From Octopus sinensis (lineage: Eukaryota), in contig NC_043019.1 of NCBI RefSeq assembly GCF_006345805.1, forward strand, positions 4,029,360 through 4,093,359: 64,000 bases of DNA, read 5' to 3'. A program made the translations under genes and the position numbers. Below the pieces are notes generated by a model. The model searched no databases. It was not told where the DNA came from and saw only the letters and a list, made by a program, of their open reading frames with translations. Of the stretch, positions 12,198-48,267 are shown piece by piece (position 1 is the first letter of the stretch; each line of letters starts with the position of its first letter).

Positions 12198-12748
12198 CAG
12201 TGTTATACTATAATCTCAGTGTTATGATATAATCTCAGTATTATGATATAATCTCAGTGTTATGATATAATCTCAGCGTTATGCTATAATCTCAGCGTTA
12301 TGCTATAATCTCAGTGTTATGATATAATCTCAGTGTTATGATATAATCTCGGCGTTATGATATAATCTCGGTGTTATGATATAATCTCAGTGTTATGATA
12401 TAATCTCAGTGTTATGATATAATCTCAGTGTTATGATATAATCTCAGTGTTATGATATAATCTCAGTGTTATGATATAATCTCAGTATTATGATATAATC
12501 TCAGTGTTATGATATAATCTCATCGTTATGATATAATCTCAGTGTTATGATATAATCTCAGTGTTATGATATAATCTCAGTATTATGATATAATCTCAGT
12601 GTTATGATATAATCTCAGTGTTATGATATAATCTCAGTGTTATGATATAATCTCAGTGTTATGATATAATCTCAGTGTTATGATATAATCTCAGTGTTAT
12701 GCTATAATCTCAGTGTTATGATATAATCTCAGTGTTATGATATAATCT
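12198..12748. repeat. 19-bp minisatellite, 29 copies (cagtgttatgatataatct)
   Basis: 551 bp = 29 x 19 with scattered substitutions and no spacers. Confidence 0.95.
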
Positions 12749-12900
12749 GGCCGTGATAATATCCTAACACTCAGAATGAAACATTATCTAGAATTCATTT
12801 TTGGGTAATAATACTTTACACTCGAATAAGGATGAGATTAATATCACTGTTTCCCTGTCTCTGTCTCTGTCTGTCTCTGACTGTCAGTCAATCTCTCTTA

Positions 12901-12935
<35 letters not shown>

Positions 12936-13072
12936 CTTCTCTCTCTTTCTCCTTCTCTCTCTCTCTCTCTCTCCCCCCGTTTGTACAATTGTGCATGTAT
13001 ACTGATGACTCACATCTCATTTTTTTAGAACCTGTGTGCTTCTGTCTCCAATTTCATTGATAATACACACAC

Positions 13073-13129
<57 letters not shown>

Positions 13130-15388
13130 TACACACACACAAATATGCATTTGCTCACACAAGCACACGTACACATACATATGTTCATACGTTCACACAT
13201 ACTTACATACACACACACCCATACATACGTACGAGAAACAATTATGTCAGCAACCTAAATTTGTCGAAAAAAAACTATCTCACCTTACCAAACAAAACCA
13301 CTCAGACAAACTGCACAATTAATAATAGTCGTATTGACAACAGAGTAAACGCTTATCTTTAAACAACTCAATAAACTGTTTTTTGAAGGGAATGTGAACG
13401 ACAAGAAACTTGATCATGACTAACAAAATAATAAAAGATCCCCGCCATGAAAGTAGTGTTTCTCTGTGGAAGATGCACAGAAGTTATAAAGTCTATGGAC
13501 ACATGAGAGGGGAAACATGATTTTGTGAAATGCCTTGAAGGCTTTCTGGAACAGTGGTTCTCAGCCATGCTGTATATATGACTCCCGGGGAAGTTGGGAG
13601 AGGCTCTATAAGCCTTTTTGGGGAGTCCACGCAAGCAAAATAGTAAACTGGGGAATCACAGAAGTGTTTGAAGGATCAATGAAAAATATTCTGTTTCAAG
13701 TGTATTTCTTGTAAGAAACAGCTAAATTTCTTTCCCTGACGTTTTACATGGTTCAAACTACACAAGTGAATGTGTGACAAACAAAATAGGACTTTTGGAA
13801 GAAGTATCTATAAAATTAGTTATTAAACATTGAGTGGCGGTTGGAGTGGGGTCCACCAGAATAAAATAATAATTAAAGGGGTCCCTTTTTACTTTTATTC
13901 CTTTACTTGTTTTTATCATTTGATTGCACCCATGCTGGTGCACTGACTTGAACAAAACGGCCCCAGGACTTATTTCTTAAGCCTAGTTCTTATTCTGTCT
14001 GTCTCTTTGGCCGAATCACTAAGTTCAGGGGACGTAAACACACCAGCACCGGTTGTCAAGTGGTGATGGACACACACACACACACACACACATATATACA
14101 CAAATACGATGGGCTTCTTTCTATTTCCATTTACCAAATCCACTCACAAGGCTTTGGTTGACCTAAGTCTATAATAGGAGAAACTTGCTCAAGTTGCCAT
14201 GCAGAGGGACTAAACCCAGAACCATGTGGTTGGGAAGCAAGCTTCTTACCGCACGGCCACACCTGTACCTCTAGATAAAAACTGGTTGAAACCCCTTACT
14301 CCAGAGGAAGTAGATCATTTCTCTTACCTACGACCCAGTTGGCAGTGGAGAAAGATGTTCTGAAAGTGTAATTTCTAGAGTAAGAATGAAATGTAGACAA
14401 TTCAGAGAGCTCTTGCCTCTGTCGGCAACTAAATGTCCCTCTTTCTAAGTGAAAGGAAGACTGAATGAAGCTTGTATATGAAGAGCAATATTACATGGTG
14501 GTGAGACATGAGCCCTAAAAGCTGAGAACATGTAAAGACGAACGAGAAATGAAGCCAAAGTTATATACCGGGACATGCAGAAAAGAATAGCATTAATGTT
14601 ACCCTCACAATTTTTGTTGTTGACCTAAAGTTATATTCTGGCAACCAGAACAATATTAGGGGAAAATTAAAGTTAATCACAAAGTTCTGGTTGGCGTTAG
14701 GAAGGGCATCAAGCTGTAGAAACTCTGCGAGATCAGATTGGAGCCTGGTGCAGCCATCTGTTTAGCATGGAAAGCAGATGTTAAACGATGATGATGATGA
14801 TGAATATACAACAAAATATATTAAATGCTTTTATAAGTCAATACTGTTTTCTCCTGTGTTAGCAGTGCTATTAAATCACATGTTAAAGTCATCTCTAAAG
14901 ATTTCCTAAAGAAATTATAGCCAGCACTCATTTGCTTCGGATACAAAACACCATAACAAACCACTGCTGGTTACAATTTTCTCCTGAAAATCTAAAGAGA
15001 TAACCGTAAAAAGCTCTTATTTTTATTTCCATTCATACTAATCTGAAACTTCCAAGATATCCGGCACGACCATTACTCATTTTACTCTTGATCTAACAAA
15101 ATCAGTTCCTTGATTAATTAACAATCTATCTGGGACACGAGCAATTCAACAACAGAATCCTCTACGACTTCTTCGAACCCTCCATCATTTGCAAGTGTCC
15201 CATCACCTAAGTTTGATGTAGACTTTGTACAAGTGGAAAATTTATAAAATTTTATTTTTCTAAGCATCATACATAGTTGAGGGTTCCACTTTATCCCATA
15301 ACACAACAATTATCTCTTCTGTTTATCTTCACCAGAATTCCAGCTTTTGAAAATTCAGAAAGACGAAAGAAATTTCTAAATTATCAGT

Positions 15389-37701
<22,313 letters not shown>

Positions 37702-38738
37702 AGAATGGTTTATGATTTTACATTTTTGGTATGATTGACTACATTATAGCTGTGGGCAGTTTAATAGATGAACTCAAACATAACACAGCCTGATGAAGGA
37801 TAAGCAATCCGAGACTTCGAAGCTGTTCTTGTTAAAGAATAATAAATAAAACTATTGAAAAGGTTGCAAGACGCAACGAAAATTTTAGGACAATAAAAAT
37901 AAGAAAAACGTGGAAATTTTACCGGTGAAGAAAATGACTCTCCCCAGACACAACAGATTATGCTTCAACATACGAACTCATATAAAGAATCTTGCAAACC
38001 AAATCCAAAAACGAAAAATAGTAAATAAATACTCGAGAAAAAGTATTCTGTTTAAAGTAAAATTATTGTCAGATAACCAGATATTGGATAGTTGGATGGT
38101 TATCTAAAACACATGTGTTTCCGAGTCAGAGATGGAAGGCATAGAATAAATATTCGACTGTTCCTTGTGGCAGGAGGTGACAAAATGCCACATTTCGTTT
38201 GTGGTTGTTGTAAAAAGGAGAGAGCGGGAACGAAATGAAGTCACGGAAAATAATTGTGTGGAATTTACTAAGAGTTACGTCCCCTGGTCTCTAAATTCTT
38301 ATGTTTGGCTATAAGAATGCGAATCTGTTGGGTAGAAATATGTTTAGGGTGTTAAGGGGTTGGTAGGCGTGTAGGGTTGATAAATGTTTTCGGAGTTCTT
38401 TGGTGGGGTTTGAATAGGGGCGCAGATGCCTGAACCTATAACACCCTGTTTGGGAACGTATTCATATGTGCATTTATATGTATATAGTGTTTTTGAAGGC
38501 ACATGACTTAGTGGCAAGGGGCCATTCGTCTCGCGGTCGTAAGGTCCTTAGTTCGATTCCCGTTGGCGCGTTGTATCCTTGAGCAAGATACTTTATTTCA
38601 CGTTGCTCCAGCCCACTCATCTGGCGAAAAGGAGTAATCTTGATAGTTCAATTGTCACCTATTATATTTACAGATAAATTCCTCTATTTAGATAACATCG
38701 AGTTTTCTTTCATTCTTTTGTTGTCTTACCTTTTCTAT

Positions 38739-38778
<40 letters not shown>

Positions 38779-39209
38779 ATATATATATAGGAGATAAATA
38801 AAAATATATGCATACATACAAACATATATGTACGTACCTACATCTACATGTATATATACATGCATATATAAATAATTATACGGAAGTACAGGACATCACA
38901 ATAAGACGTAGAAACAGAAAAAGCCAAAAAACAAAAAACAAGAAAACGGAAAACGAAAACCAAATACAGGACAGGTTACACAAGGACAAAACCCCCGTCA
39001 TCAGCTGTCGCTAGAAAAGTCAGGCATGTTTCGAAGGCATAACAGAACACTAATCCAATAGGCCTTCCTGCGAGAGAATTAAAATAAAATTTCAAGCAGC
39101 GGGGCACAATGAGTACGAACACAAACAAGACGTAACAATAAGACTGCAAAATTAAAATACATGTACAAAAACAAACACAAGAGGACGAACGAAAAAGCCT
39201 TTTTTCTGG

Positions 39210-39211
39210 CA

Positions 39212-39243
<32 letters not shown>

Positions 39244-39251
39244 CATATATA

Positions 39252-39346
<95 letters not shown>

Positions 39347-39361
39347 GTATGTATATATATG

Positions 39362-39412
<51 letters not shown>

Positions 39413-39445
39413 CATATATATATATGTATATATACATATATATAT

Positions 39446-39513
<68 letters not shown>

Positions 39514-39514
39514 G

Positions 39515-39600
<86 letters not shown>

Positions 39601-39610
39601 TACATATATC
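39210..39610. repeat. Long (TA)n-rich microsatellite (others at about 300-470, 3037-3118, 7015-7230, 31020-31145)
   Basis: Directly visible; source of the YIYI pseudo-ORFs. Confidence 0.95.
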
Positions 39611-42600
39611 ATATGTAGCGGATAATGCGTATGCTGGAAGACGAAGATGATGTTGATTTCACGAAAGAAAGACAGTGGCCGAAGTGGTGAATAACGTATT
39701 TATTTCTCCACTACATATAATTACAGCCAAACCACGACGGGTAGACGTGTATGAAAACAGTTGGATAGCATACGAGGTAACGAGAGATATATTTTCTAGT
39801 GAAAGGGTGGATAGCGTTCTAGCAGCCGTACATAAATAAATCAAGTGATGATGTCGAAATGAAAGTGAGTGGGTAAGAAAGTTAGAGAGGGGTGGACAGG
39901 ACAACTGTATCGTTGGGGAATTCCTTGGCTGTCCCTCTATGACGTTCTGTCGAGACGTTATTTGAAACCGGTCGGCCTGCTCTTTGTCTGTTGTCTCTCC
40001 AAATGTTTGTATTTATATATTTCTTTACTACCCACAAGGGGCTAAACACAGAGAGGACAAACAAGGACAGACATAGGTATTAAGTCGATTACATCGACCC
40101 CAGTGCGTAACTGGTACTTATTTAATCGACCGCGAAAGGATGAAAGGCAAAGTCGACCGCGGCGGAATTTGAACTCAGAACGTAGCGACAGACGATATAC
40201 CTATTTCTTTACTACCCACAAGGGGCTAAACACAGAGGAGACAAACAAGGACAGACAAACGGATTAGGTCGATTACATCGACCCCAGTGCGTAACTGGTA
40301 CTTATTTAATCGACCTGAAAAGGATGAAAGGCAAAGTCGACCTCGGTAGAATTTGAACTCAGAACGTAGCGGCAGACGAAATACCTATTTCTTTTCTACC
40401 CACAAGGGGCTAAACACAGAGAGGACGAACACAGACAGACAAACGGATTAAGTTGATTACATCGACCCCAGTACGTAACTGGTACTTAATTTATCGACCC
40501 TTAAAGGATGAAAGGCAAAGTCGACCTCGGTGGAATTTAAACTCAGAACGTAACGGCAGACGAAATACCGCTCAGCATTTCACCCGCCGTGCTAACGTTT
40601 CTGCCAGCTGGCCACCTTAGTTATAGCAATATACACAATAGTTACACGGGTGTACACACCGTTGTGAACAAAGGGTGGGTGGATGTAGGTCGACCGTTAT
40701 CGTACGTGAACTTGTTACGATACTCACGGTTCACAGGTCAAGAAAGAAATACCTTATTCATGGTTCCCTTATTGACAGAACGAAAAGTGGAATGACATGA
40801 GAGAAGTTTTAGATTCGATTTCGAATCTCAGCTAGGAAGAGAAATTCCAGTTTCTACAACACTCACTTTCCTGTGGAAAAGCTAAAAATCGAACGATACA
40901 GTTGCTTGTGCAGTTATGACTGCATATGTGTTTCAGGAAAAATGCAGAAAATGTATATACAGTCATTTACACACGAATGAATACTTGTCAAAAACAGGTC
41001 AGGAGAGTGCAGTGGTTCATGAAGGCTTGGCGTGGATTCGATCCTCGATCGCCAATTTTAATTTAACAGTTCAACAGCACTTTTCTCACAGCAAAACAAT
41101 AGTTTTTCTGTGAGTGACAGCAGTTACATTTGCCAGATACCATCGCTAAGCAGAATAATGGTTTTGCCACTTGACCCTTATAATCTCTTCTGGGCCACCA
41201 AAAGCTAGAATAGAGATAAAAAGTACCACCAACGAAATCTATTGTTCTCAACAATGTGTCTATACTTCTGTCTGGTTTGGGATAGTTATAAAAACAAGAA
41301 CTCGGCAAGCCAAAGTCAGTTAGTGAGAACCGAGTCTGGCTGACCGGCTGAACAAAGGGACAACTATGGTAACTCACCAACGAAGCAGTTGTTTCGTCCC
41401 ACCACTCTCCCTTTCACTAACTCACCTGCTTTTCTTTGTAACATTACCATCTCTCTTTATATATACTACTATGAAATCGTGTACACACCTACCGGCCGAA
41501 ATTAACTCTTTTTACCTTTCATGCTTTTCTATTTAACCAGTTATACATACCGGAGGCGCAATGGCCCAGTGGTTAGGGCAGCGGACTCGCGGTCGTAAGA
41601 TCGCGGTTTCGATTCCCAGACCGGGCATCGTGAGTGTTTATTGAGCGAAAACACCTAAAGCTTCACAAGGCTCCTGCAGGGGGTGGTGGTGAACTCTGCT
41701 GTACTCTTTCACCACAACTTTCTCTCACTCTTTCTTCCTGTTTCTGTTGTACCTGTATTTCAAAGGGCAAGCCTTGTCACACTCTGTGTCACGCTGAATC
41801 TCCTCGAGAACTACGTTAAGGGTACACGTATCTGTGGAGTGCTCAGCCACTTGCACGTTAATTCGACGAGCAAGCTGTTCCGTTGATCGTATCAGCTGGG
41901 ACCCTCCTCGTCGTAACCGACGGAGTGCTCCTACTATTATAAATACCAACCTGTCATGGTTTTGGATATATATTAATGTAAAGGTGAATAAATATCTCTT
42001 TACAACTTCAATCTCTGTTCTGCTCCCAATCTTGCACACTGGCAACTAACACCTTAACAAAAACCGTTACAATTGGTGACCCCCGACTGCAACGAAGTAC
42101 TAACCGTTACAAGAGGGAAATACCTTAATCATGGTTCCCTTATTGACAGAACCATGGGTGGAATGGCAAGAGAGAAGTTTTAGATTGGAACTTCGATTCT
42201 CAACCAGGAAGAGAAAACTCAACCAGGAAGAGAATATCAGTTCCTACAACACTCACCTTCTAGTGAGAGAGGTAAAATCGAACGATACAGGTGCTTGTGA
42301 AGTTATGACTGCATATGTGTTTCAGGATAAATGCAGAATATTTATATACAGTCATTCACAAACGAATGAATGCTTGTCAAAAACAGGTCACGAGAGAAAT
42401 ACATTAATCATGGTTCCCTTATTGAGAGAACAATAAGTGGAATGGCAAGAGAGAAGTTAGTCATCATCAGTAGATGTTTTGGGTTTAGCACAAAAAATAG
42501 GTGGGCGTCAAAAGTGTTCTCTATGTTCTCATGAAAAACTCTCTCTTAAAAAGCTTGAGTACCTCCATTGAATACATAAATTCGTGGAACAATTCCGACA

Positions 42601-42838
42601 TTTGGGACGCTTGACTGGTCTGTAGAAGAAATCCACTGCATAGACATTAACACCCGCAAGGTTCTGACGTCAACCAGAAATCTCCACAGAAATTGTGATA
42701 TCGACAGGTTTCCCTACGTGAGAAGAGATAAAGGAGGTAGGCGTTTGAGATCCGTGCATACAGCATTTGAAATGTCACATAGTCTGTCTGATAACACTAA
42801 ATAGTAGACAGAAACAGGAAAGATATATGCAGAAAAGT

Positions 42839-42904
<66 letters not shown>

Positions 42905-43968
42905 GATAGAGAGAGAGATAGAGAGAGAGAGTGCTCTTGGCAGTGACTGGAGAAATATGAGATGGGAGAGTGAGAGAGAGAGAGAGAGAAAGAAAGAATG
43001 GAAGGAAGAAAGGAATAAAGAAAGAGAGAGAGTGGAGAAAGATATAGAGAAGAAAGGACAACGAATCAACAGCGTCGATAGAGTAATTAGACTGTGACAG
43101 GGAGTGGGGAATAACCCACCAGGATATTCATTCAGTGTGTAATTTTCGTGAGGAAATGAAGGAGAAAAATTCAGTTTTTCCACATTTATATCAACCGCTG
43201 TTGTCGTTAAAAATTGGAGAAGATAAATAATGTAGGCACATTGGATTATGTAGCCCTAGATACACAGTGTTTAAAACAAGAGGTGATGGTCACAGCTAAG
43301 ACGTCTTTTTGAACCTATGGGTCTGCTTGTTCAGGATTGAAGGGAGTTTAAAGGACATCAACGTCAGGAGCAGGTGATTATTATTTTAAATATCTTTTAT
43401 TTGTTTCAGTCACTGGACCGCGAACATGTTGTACACACACACACACAAAACACCATATTCCAACCACGCCTGTTCCCCTCTGGTAGGCAACATCCTCTCT
43501 CCTCCAGAGCTGGGTCTGTCAGTGGAGAGACCTTGGGTTTCCGGGTACAGTGGAGGATAGACGGAAACAGATAGTATCGGACAATCTGCATTCAGGTGCC
43601 ACTCTCAACTCTCTCCTTGATCAATCTGATCAAATGTCAAGGTGTCACCTAATTTCAGCTCATCCAAAATTCTGGGGAACTGGATTGATGCCTGTGGCCA
43701 CATTGGGGGTCTACTCAGTCTAGATCGGTGGTTCTCAACCAGGGTCCATAAAAGTTATTTTAGGGTCTACACAACAAAATAGTGAATTAGGGACCCACAA
43801 TAGTATTTCAAGGGGACTTGAAAAAATTTTGCTTTAGATGTAAGTTGTTGTTGTTGTTTGTTCCTTCTCGAGCCATTCCTGGCTCCTAAGGACCGGTTTC
43901 CCGGTTTCAAGGACGTATAGGTTCTCCTCCTGGATGGGACCTTGGTCTGTCGCGGGTGAGCTGCTAGA

Positions 43969-44548
43969 TGGGTAGGCTCCAGATTGCTAGGTATTATTTC
44001 CAATCAGTATGTAGTATCACTCAATTACTTAAGCTGATTGGTTGGTTGAGCTGATTGGTTAAGGCGTCACGCTTTGTTGAACATGTCAAGAGTCCTGTAT
44101 CTTAACATTTCTAAAAATAGCCCAACAATTGCTGCCTCGCCCAGGGTTAAGATACAGGACTCTTGACATGTTCAACAAAGCGTGACGCCTTAACCAATCA
44201 GCTCAAACAACCAACCAATCAGCTTAAGTAATTGAGTGACACTACACACTGATTGGTCAGAATACAGTTTGCAAAACCTAGCAATCTGGAGCCTACCCAG
44301 CTGTATTTAAGGCACAGATTCAATCATCTCGCTACAGTAAAAAATTGTGAAGCATGACTGTCACCACTACTACATGAACCTGAAGATTGCAGAATTTAAT
44401 GCATGAAAGTACTAGTTCAATCAGAATGAACATTTAACATTCTACTATTTTATTTTATTTTATTCTATTATATTATATTATCTTATAATATATCATTATA
44501 AGATTGTAAATAAAACGTGAAAATCAGACAAGGTTGGAATTCCTTTTA

Positions 44549-44582
<34 letters not shown>

Positions 44583-44816
44583 CAGAAATAATTTATTCTC
44601 AAATGCGTGATGATGCTAATACAATAGCATAAACAGTATAAGCTATCCATATTTAACTGAAAGAATCATTACCAGCCAACTTTTGAGAATAAATTATTTC
44701 TGTATCTTTCAAAACAACGCTTCTAAAGCAAACTTTGTTTACTTTCATGCAAACATACATACATCGATACATATATATATATATATATATATATAATAGA
44801 AATGTGTTACAGAAAG

Positions 44817-44901
<85 letters not shown>

Positions 44902-45662
44902 GTAATATGTTACAAAAAGAAAATACAAACTACACGTGGTAATGTAAGGGGAAAGTAAGAAAAATAGATGAAAATGCTCATTGTAAATAAAAAACAGTAA
45001 AGGCTTTTTATGCAAATTAACGAAAGATATATACAATTGGATGAACTGAGGTAGGAATAAAAGTAATAAAAGTCATTATTGTGAAATTATTAAAGAGATT
45101 CAAGCATACCGGTTTCATAAGGTACTAATCATTGCTTTTAATACAACTATTCATAGCTTTGAATGCACACCGATTAATGGACGGTGTCAGGTCTAATAGT
45201 TCCTGAGAAAAAAGATTATTTGTAAGGGAGGTAAATAGTTCTGGATTTGGTGCAATTAGGTTAGATATAGAATTGTAATGTGAATGGTGTAGTGGATGTA
45301 TGGAGGTTAGTGGTATTAATTGAAAGTTTAGTAGTGTTCTGTCTTATGTTATGTATTCATATTTAGTTGTGGAAGATATTTATTGATGAAAGTTGCCTCT
45401 TTATTCATTGTTTGTTGCATTGAGGTGTTCTGTGAACATTGATAGAAGGGGGAAATTTGGAAATTAGGATTAAGATTCCTAGCACACCTTTCTATGTGTT
45501 CACTAACCTGTAACTGTCTGTATTGAGGGTGACGGATTTGTTCTTTGTGGGTAGTGGTTCTTCGACGGAGTGATATTCCTGTTTGGCCACTATAGTTGTT
45601 ACGACATCCTAAGCATGTCATAGAATTTACAATGTGCATTTTCGTCTATTTTTCTTACTTTC

Positions 45663-45726
<64 letters not shown>

Positions 45727-47214
45727 ATATATATGTATATATAATAAAGGGATGGAGGCTCCTACGTAGTAGTTTGATCTGCTAGAAACACCAGCCAAAT
45801 CTCGCTCAAATCTCACACTCACGTAAAAATATGCAATAAACTTTATCTTCTTAAAGTTATCTCTACACATTCTCTATAGAAAGTAGAGCCAGCATTGAAA
45901 GATACAACGTTTCCTATGCGAATACATCTTTGTAAACAATGTGATAAAAGGTATAAAAATAAGTAATGGGTGTATATGCATTGTACAACAGCACAGTATA
46001 TATGCACATACAGATATGTGTGTGTATGTGTGTAAGTATGTATACATATACGATGGGAATCTTTCAGTTTCTTTCAACCAGATCCACTCATAAGGCTTTG
46101 GCCAGCCTAAGGCTATAGCAAAAGACACCTGTCCAAAGTGTAATGCAGTGGGGCAGAACTCAGAACCCTTTGGTTGAGCAGGAATGTTCTTACCACACAA
46201 CCATGTCGGAGCTTTTTAATGAATAATTGATGATAAACATCATTTGTCTGCTGTGTGAATTGAACACACCATGCTATATTGAAAAGGCAATGGAATACAA
46301 ATTAACACTTGAACCACATTACCAATATGTAACACTTGTGAGTCTTTAAGTTTATTAATTACTGGTTGAGACGCCATATATCGTTATGAAATCATAATAC
46401 ACAACCGAGTATATTAAAGGCTTATCAGTTGATACTGTGCTGTTGTACAATGCATATACACCCATTACTTATTTTTATACCTTTTATCACATTGTTTACA
46501 AAGATGTATTCGCATAGGAAACGTTGTATCTTTCAATGCTGGCTCTACTTTCTATAGAGAATGTGTAGAGATAACTTTAAGAAGATAAAGTTTATTGTAT
46601 ATTTTTACGTGAGTGTGAGATTTGAGCGAGATTTGGCTGGTGATTCTAGCAGTTCAAACTACTACGTAGGAGCCTCCATCCCTTTAATACTTATTCGTCT
46701 GTTGTTGTTATTGATGCTGACCTCCCGGTTATTTTTGCTATAATGACCTATGATCAAAGGTGTTCTGTCTGATCATACCTTTTGCTATGTATATCTAGGA
46801 CTACGTCATCTACTGTGATCTTCCTTTTTGTAAGAAAACTCGTGATTTGAGTGAAATTTAGCTGTTATTTCTGACAATATTGAGTTACTGTTCGAGGCGA
46901 CCATTGCCAGTGATGTTGTCTGCTGCTTTTTTATTATTTGTAGATGTTGCTGTTGTTGTTGTTGTAGGTGTAGCTATTACTTTGGGCATCATTGTAACAC
47001 AGAATATTTTCTTGGGTTTTCCACAGGTTATGGAGGATACAAAGAAGCCATGGAGCACTACAAGAAGGCTTTGGATGTATTGAAATCGAGAAACATCCAG
47101 TACCGACAGGTGCTGCTGTACAATAGCATGGCTTACAATGCCTATATGCGGGGAAATCAGGTGGAAGCCTTGAAGTATGTCGTACAAGTCAGATGAGAAT
47201 CTCTCTCCCTCCCA

Positions 47215-47254
<40 letters not shown>

Positions 47255-47463
47255 CTCTCTATCTATCTATCTCTTATATCTATTATACTATCTCCCAACC
47301 TTCTTTTCTCTTATTCCCTATTTTCCTTTCTTCCTCATTCACCTCTAACTTTTCCTCACTCCCACTTTTGTTCATTAGTATAATGCACACTAATTAACAT
47401 GTAATATTCATCTCATTAATTATCTTAGATCCTATATTACTTACATATTTATGTTAATTAAGT

Positions 47464-47495
<32 letters not shown>

Positions 47496-48056
47496 TAATG
47501 TCTCTTTTCCCATGCTGGCATGGGTTGGACAGTTTGGTCAGAACAGACACACCAGAGTGCTCCACCAGCTTCTAAGCCTGCTTTGGCAAGGTCTTGCAGC
47601 TGGGATTCTTCTTAAATGCCACAAGCACCAATGAGATCACCAAGGATCTGCAAGATGAAACCCCTCAACTGAACGGAGCACAAACTGGAGAAAGAAGCTC
47701 TGAGAAAACATTCTATCAACATTTCCTTTTAATTTATCAAAAACATTTTATCAAAATTACTTCTGAATTTATCAAAATGAAAACATTTTATTAAAATTAA
47801 AGCATTTTGTCAAAATTTCCTCTTAATTAAAACATTCTATTAAAATTTCCTTATAATTTATCGAAATTAAAACATTTTATCAAAATTATGATTTCTCATC
47901 TCTCAAAATTCCCTCTTAATTTATGTTCCAAACATTAGCTTTTAATGCATTTTTAACAGGAATATAATAAAGAAGGGGTTACATTTGGACCCCTATGAAT
48001 TCATGTGTTGATGAGGAATACAATGTTAGTGATACTGATGATGATGATGATAATGA

Positions 48057-48090
<34 letters not shown>

Positions 48091-48109
48091 GGTGGTGGTG
48101 GTGGTATGA

Positions 48110-48183
<74 letters not shown>

Positions 48184-48236
48184 GGTGGTGGTGGTGGTGG
48201 TGGTAGTGGTGGTGGTGGTATCAATGATGATGATGT

Positions 48237-48267
<31 letters not shown>

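Noticed and set aside
12198-12748. Possible CRISPR array
   Set aside because: Contiguous 19-bp units with no unique spacers, eukaryotic context, no cas genes.
38976-39650. Long YIYI ORFs (also at 262, 2924, 6914, 21947, 23181, 44653 and others)
   Set aside because: Translations of (TA)n, (CA)n and (GA)n microsatellites; no coding signal.
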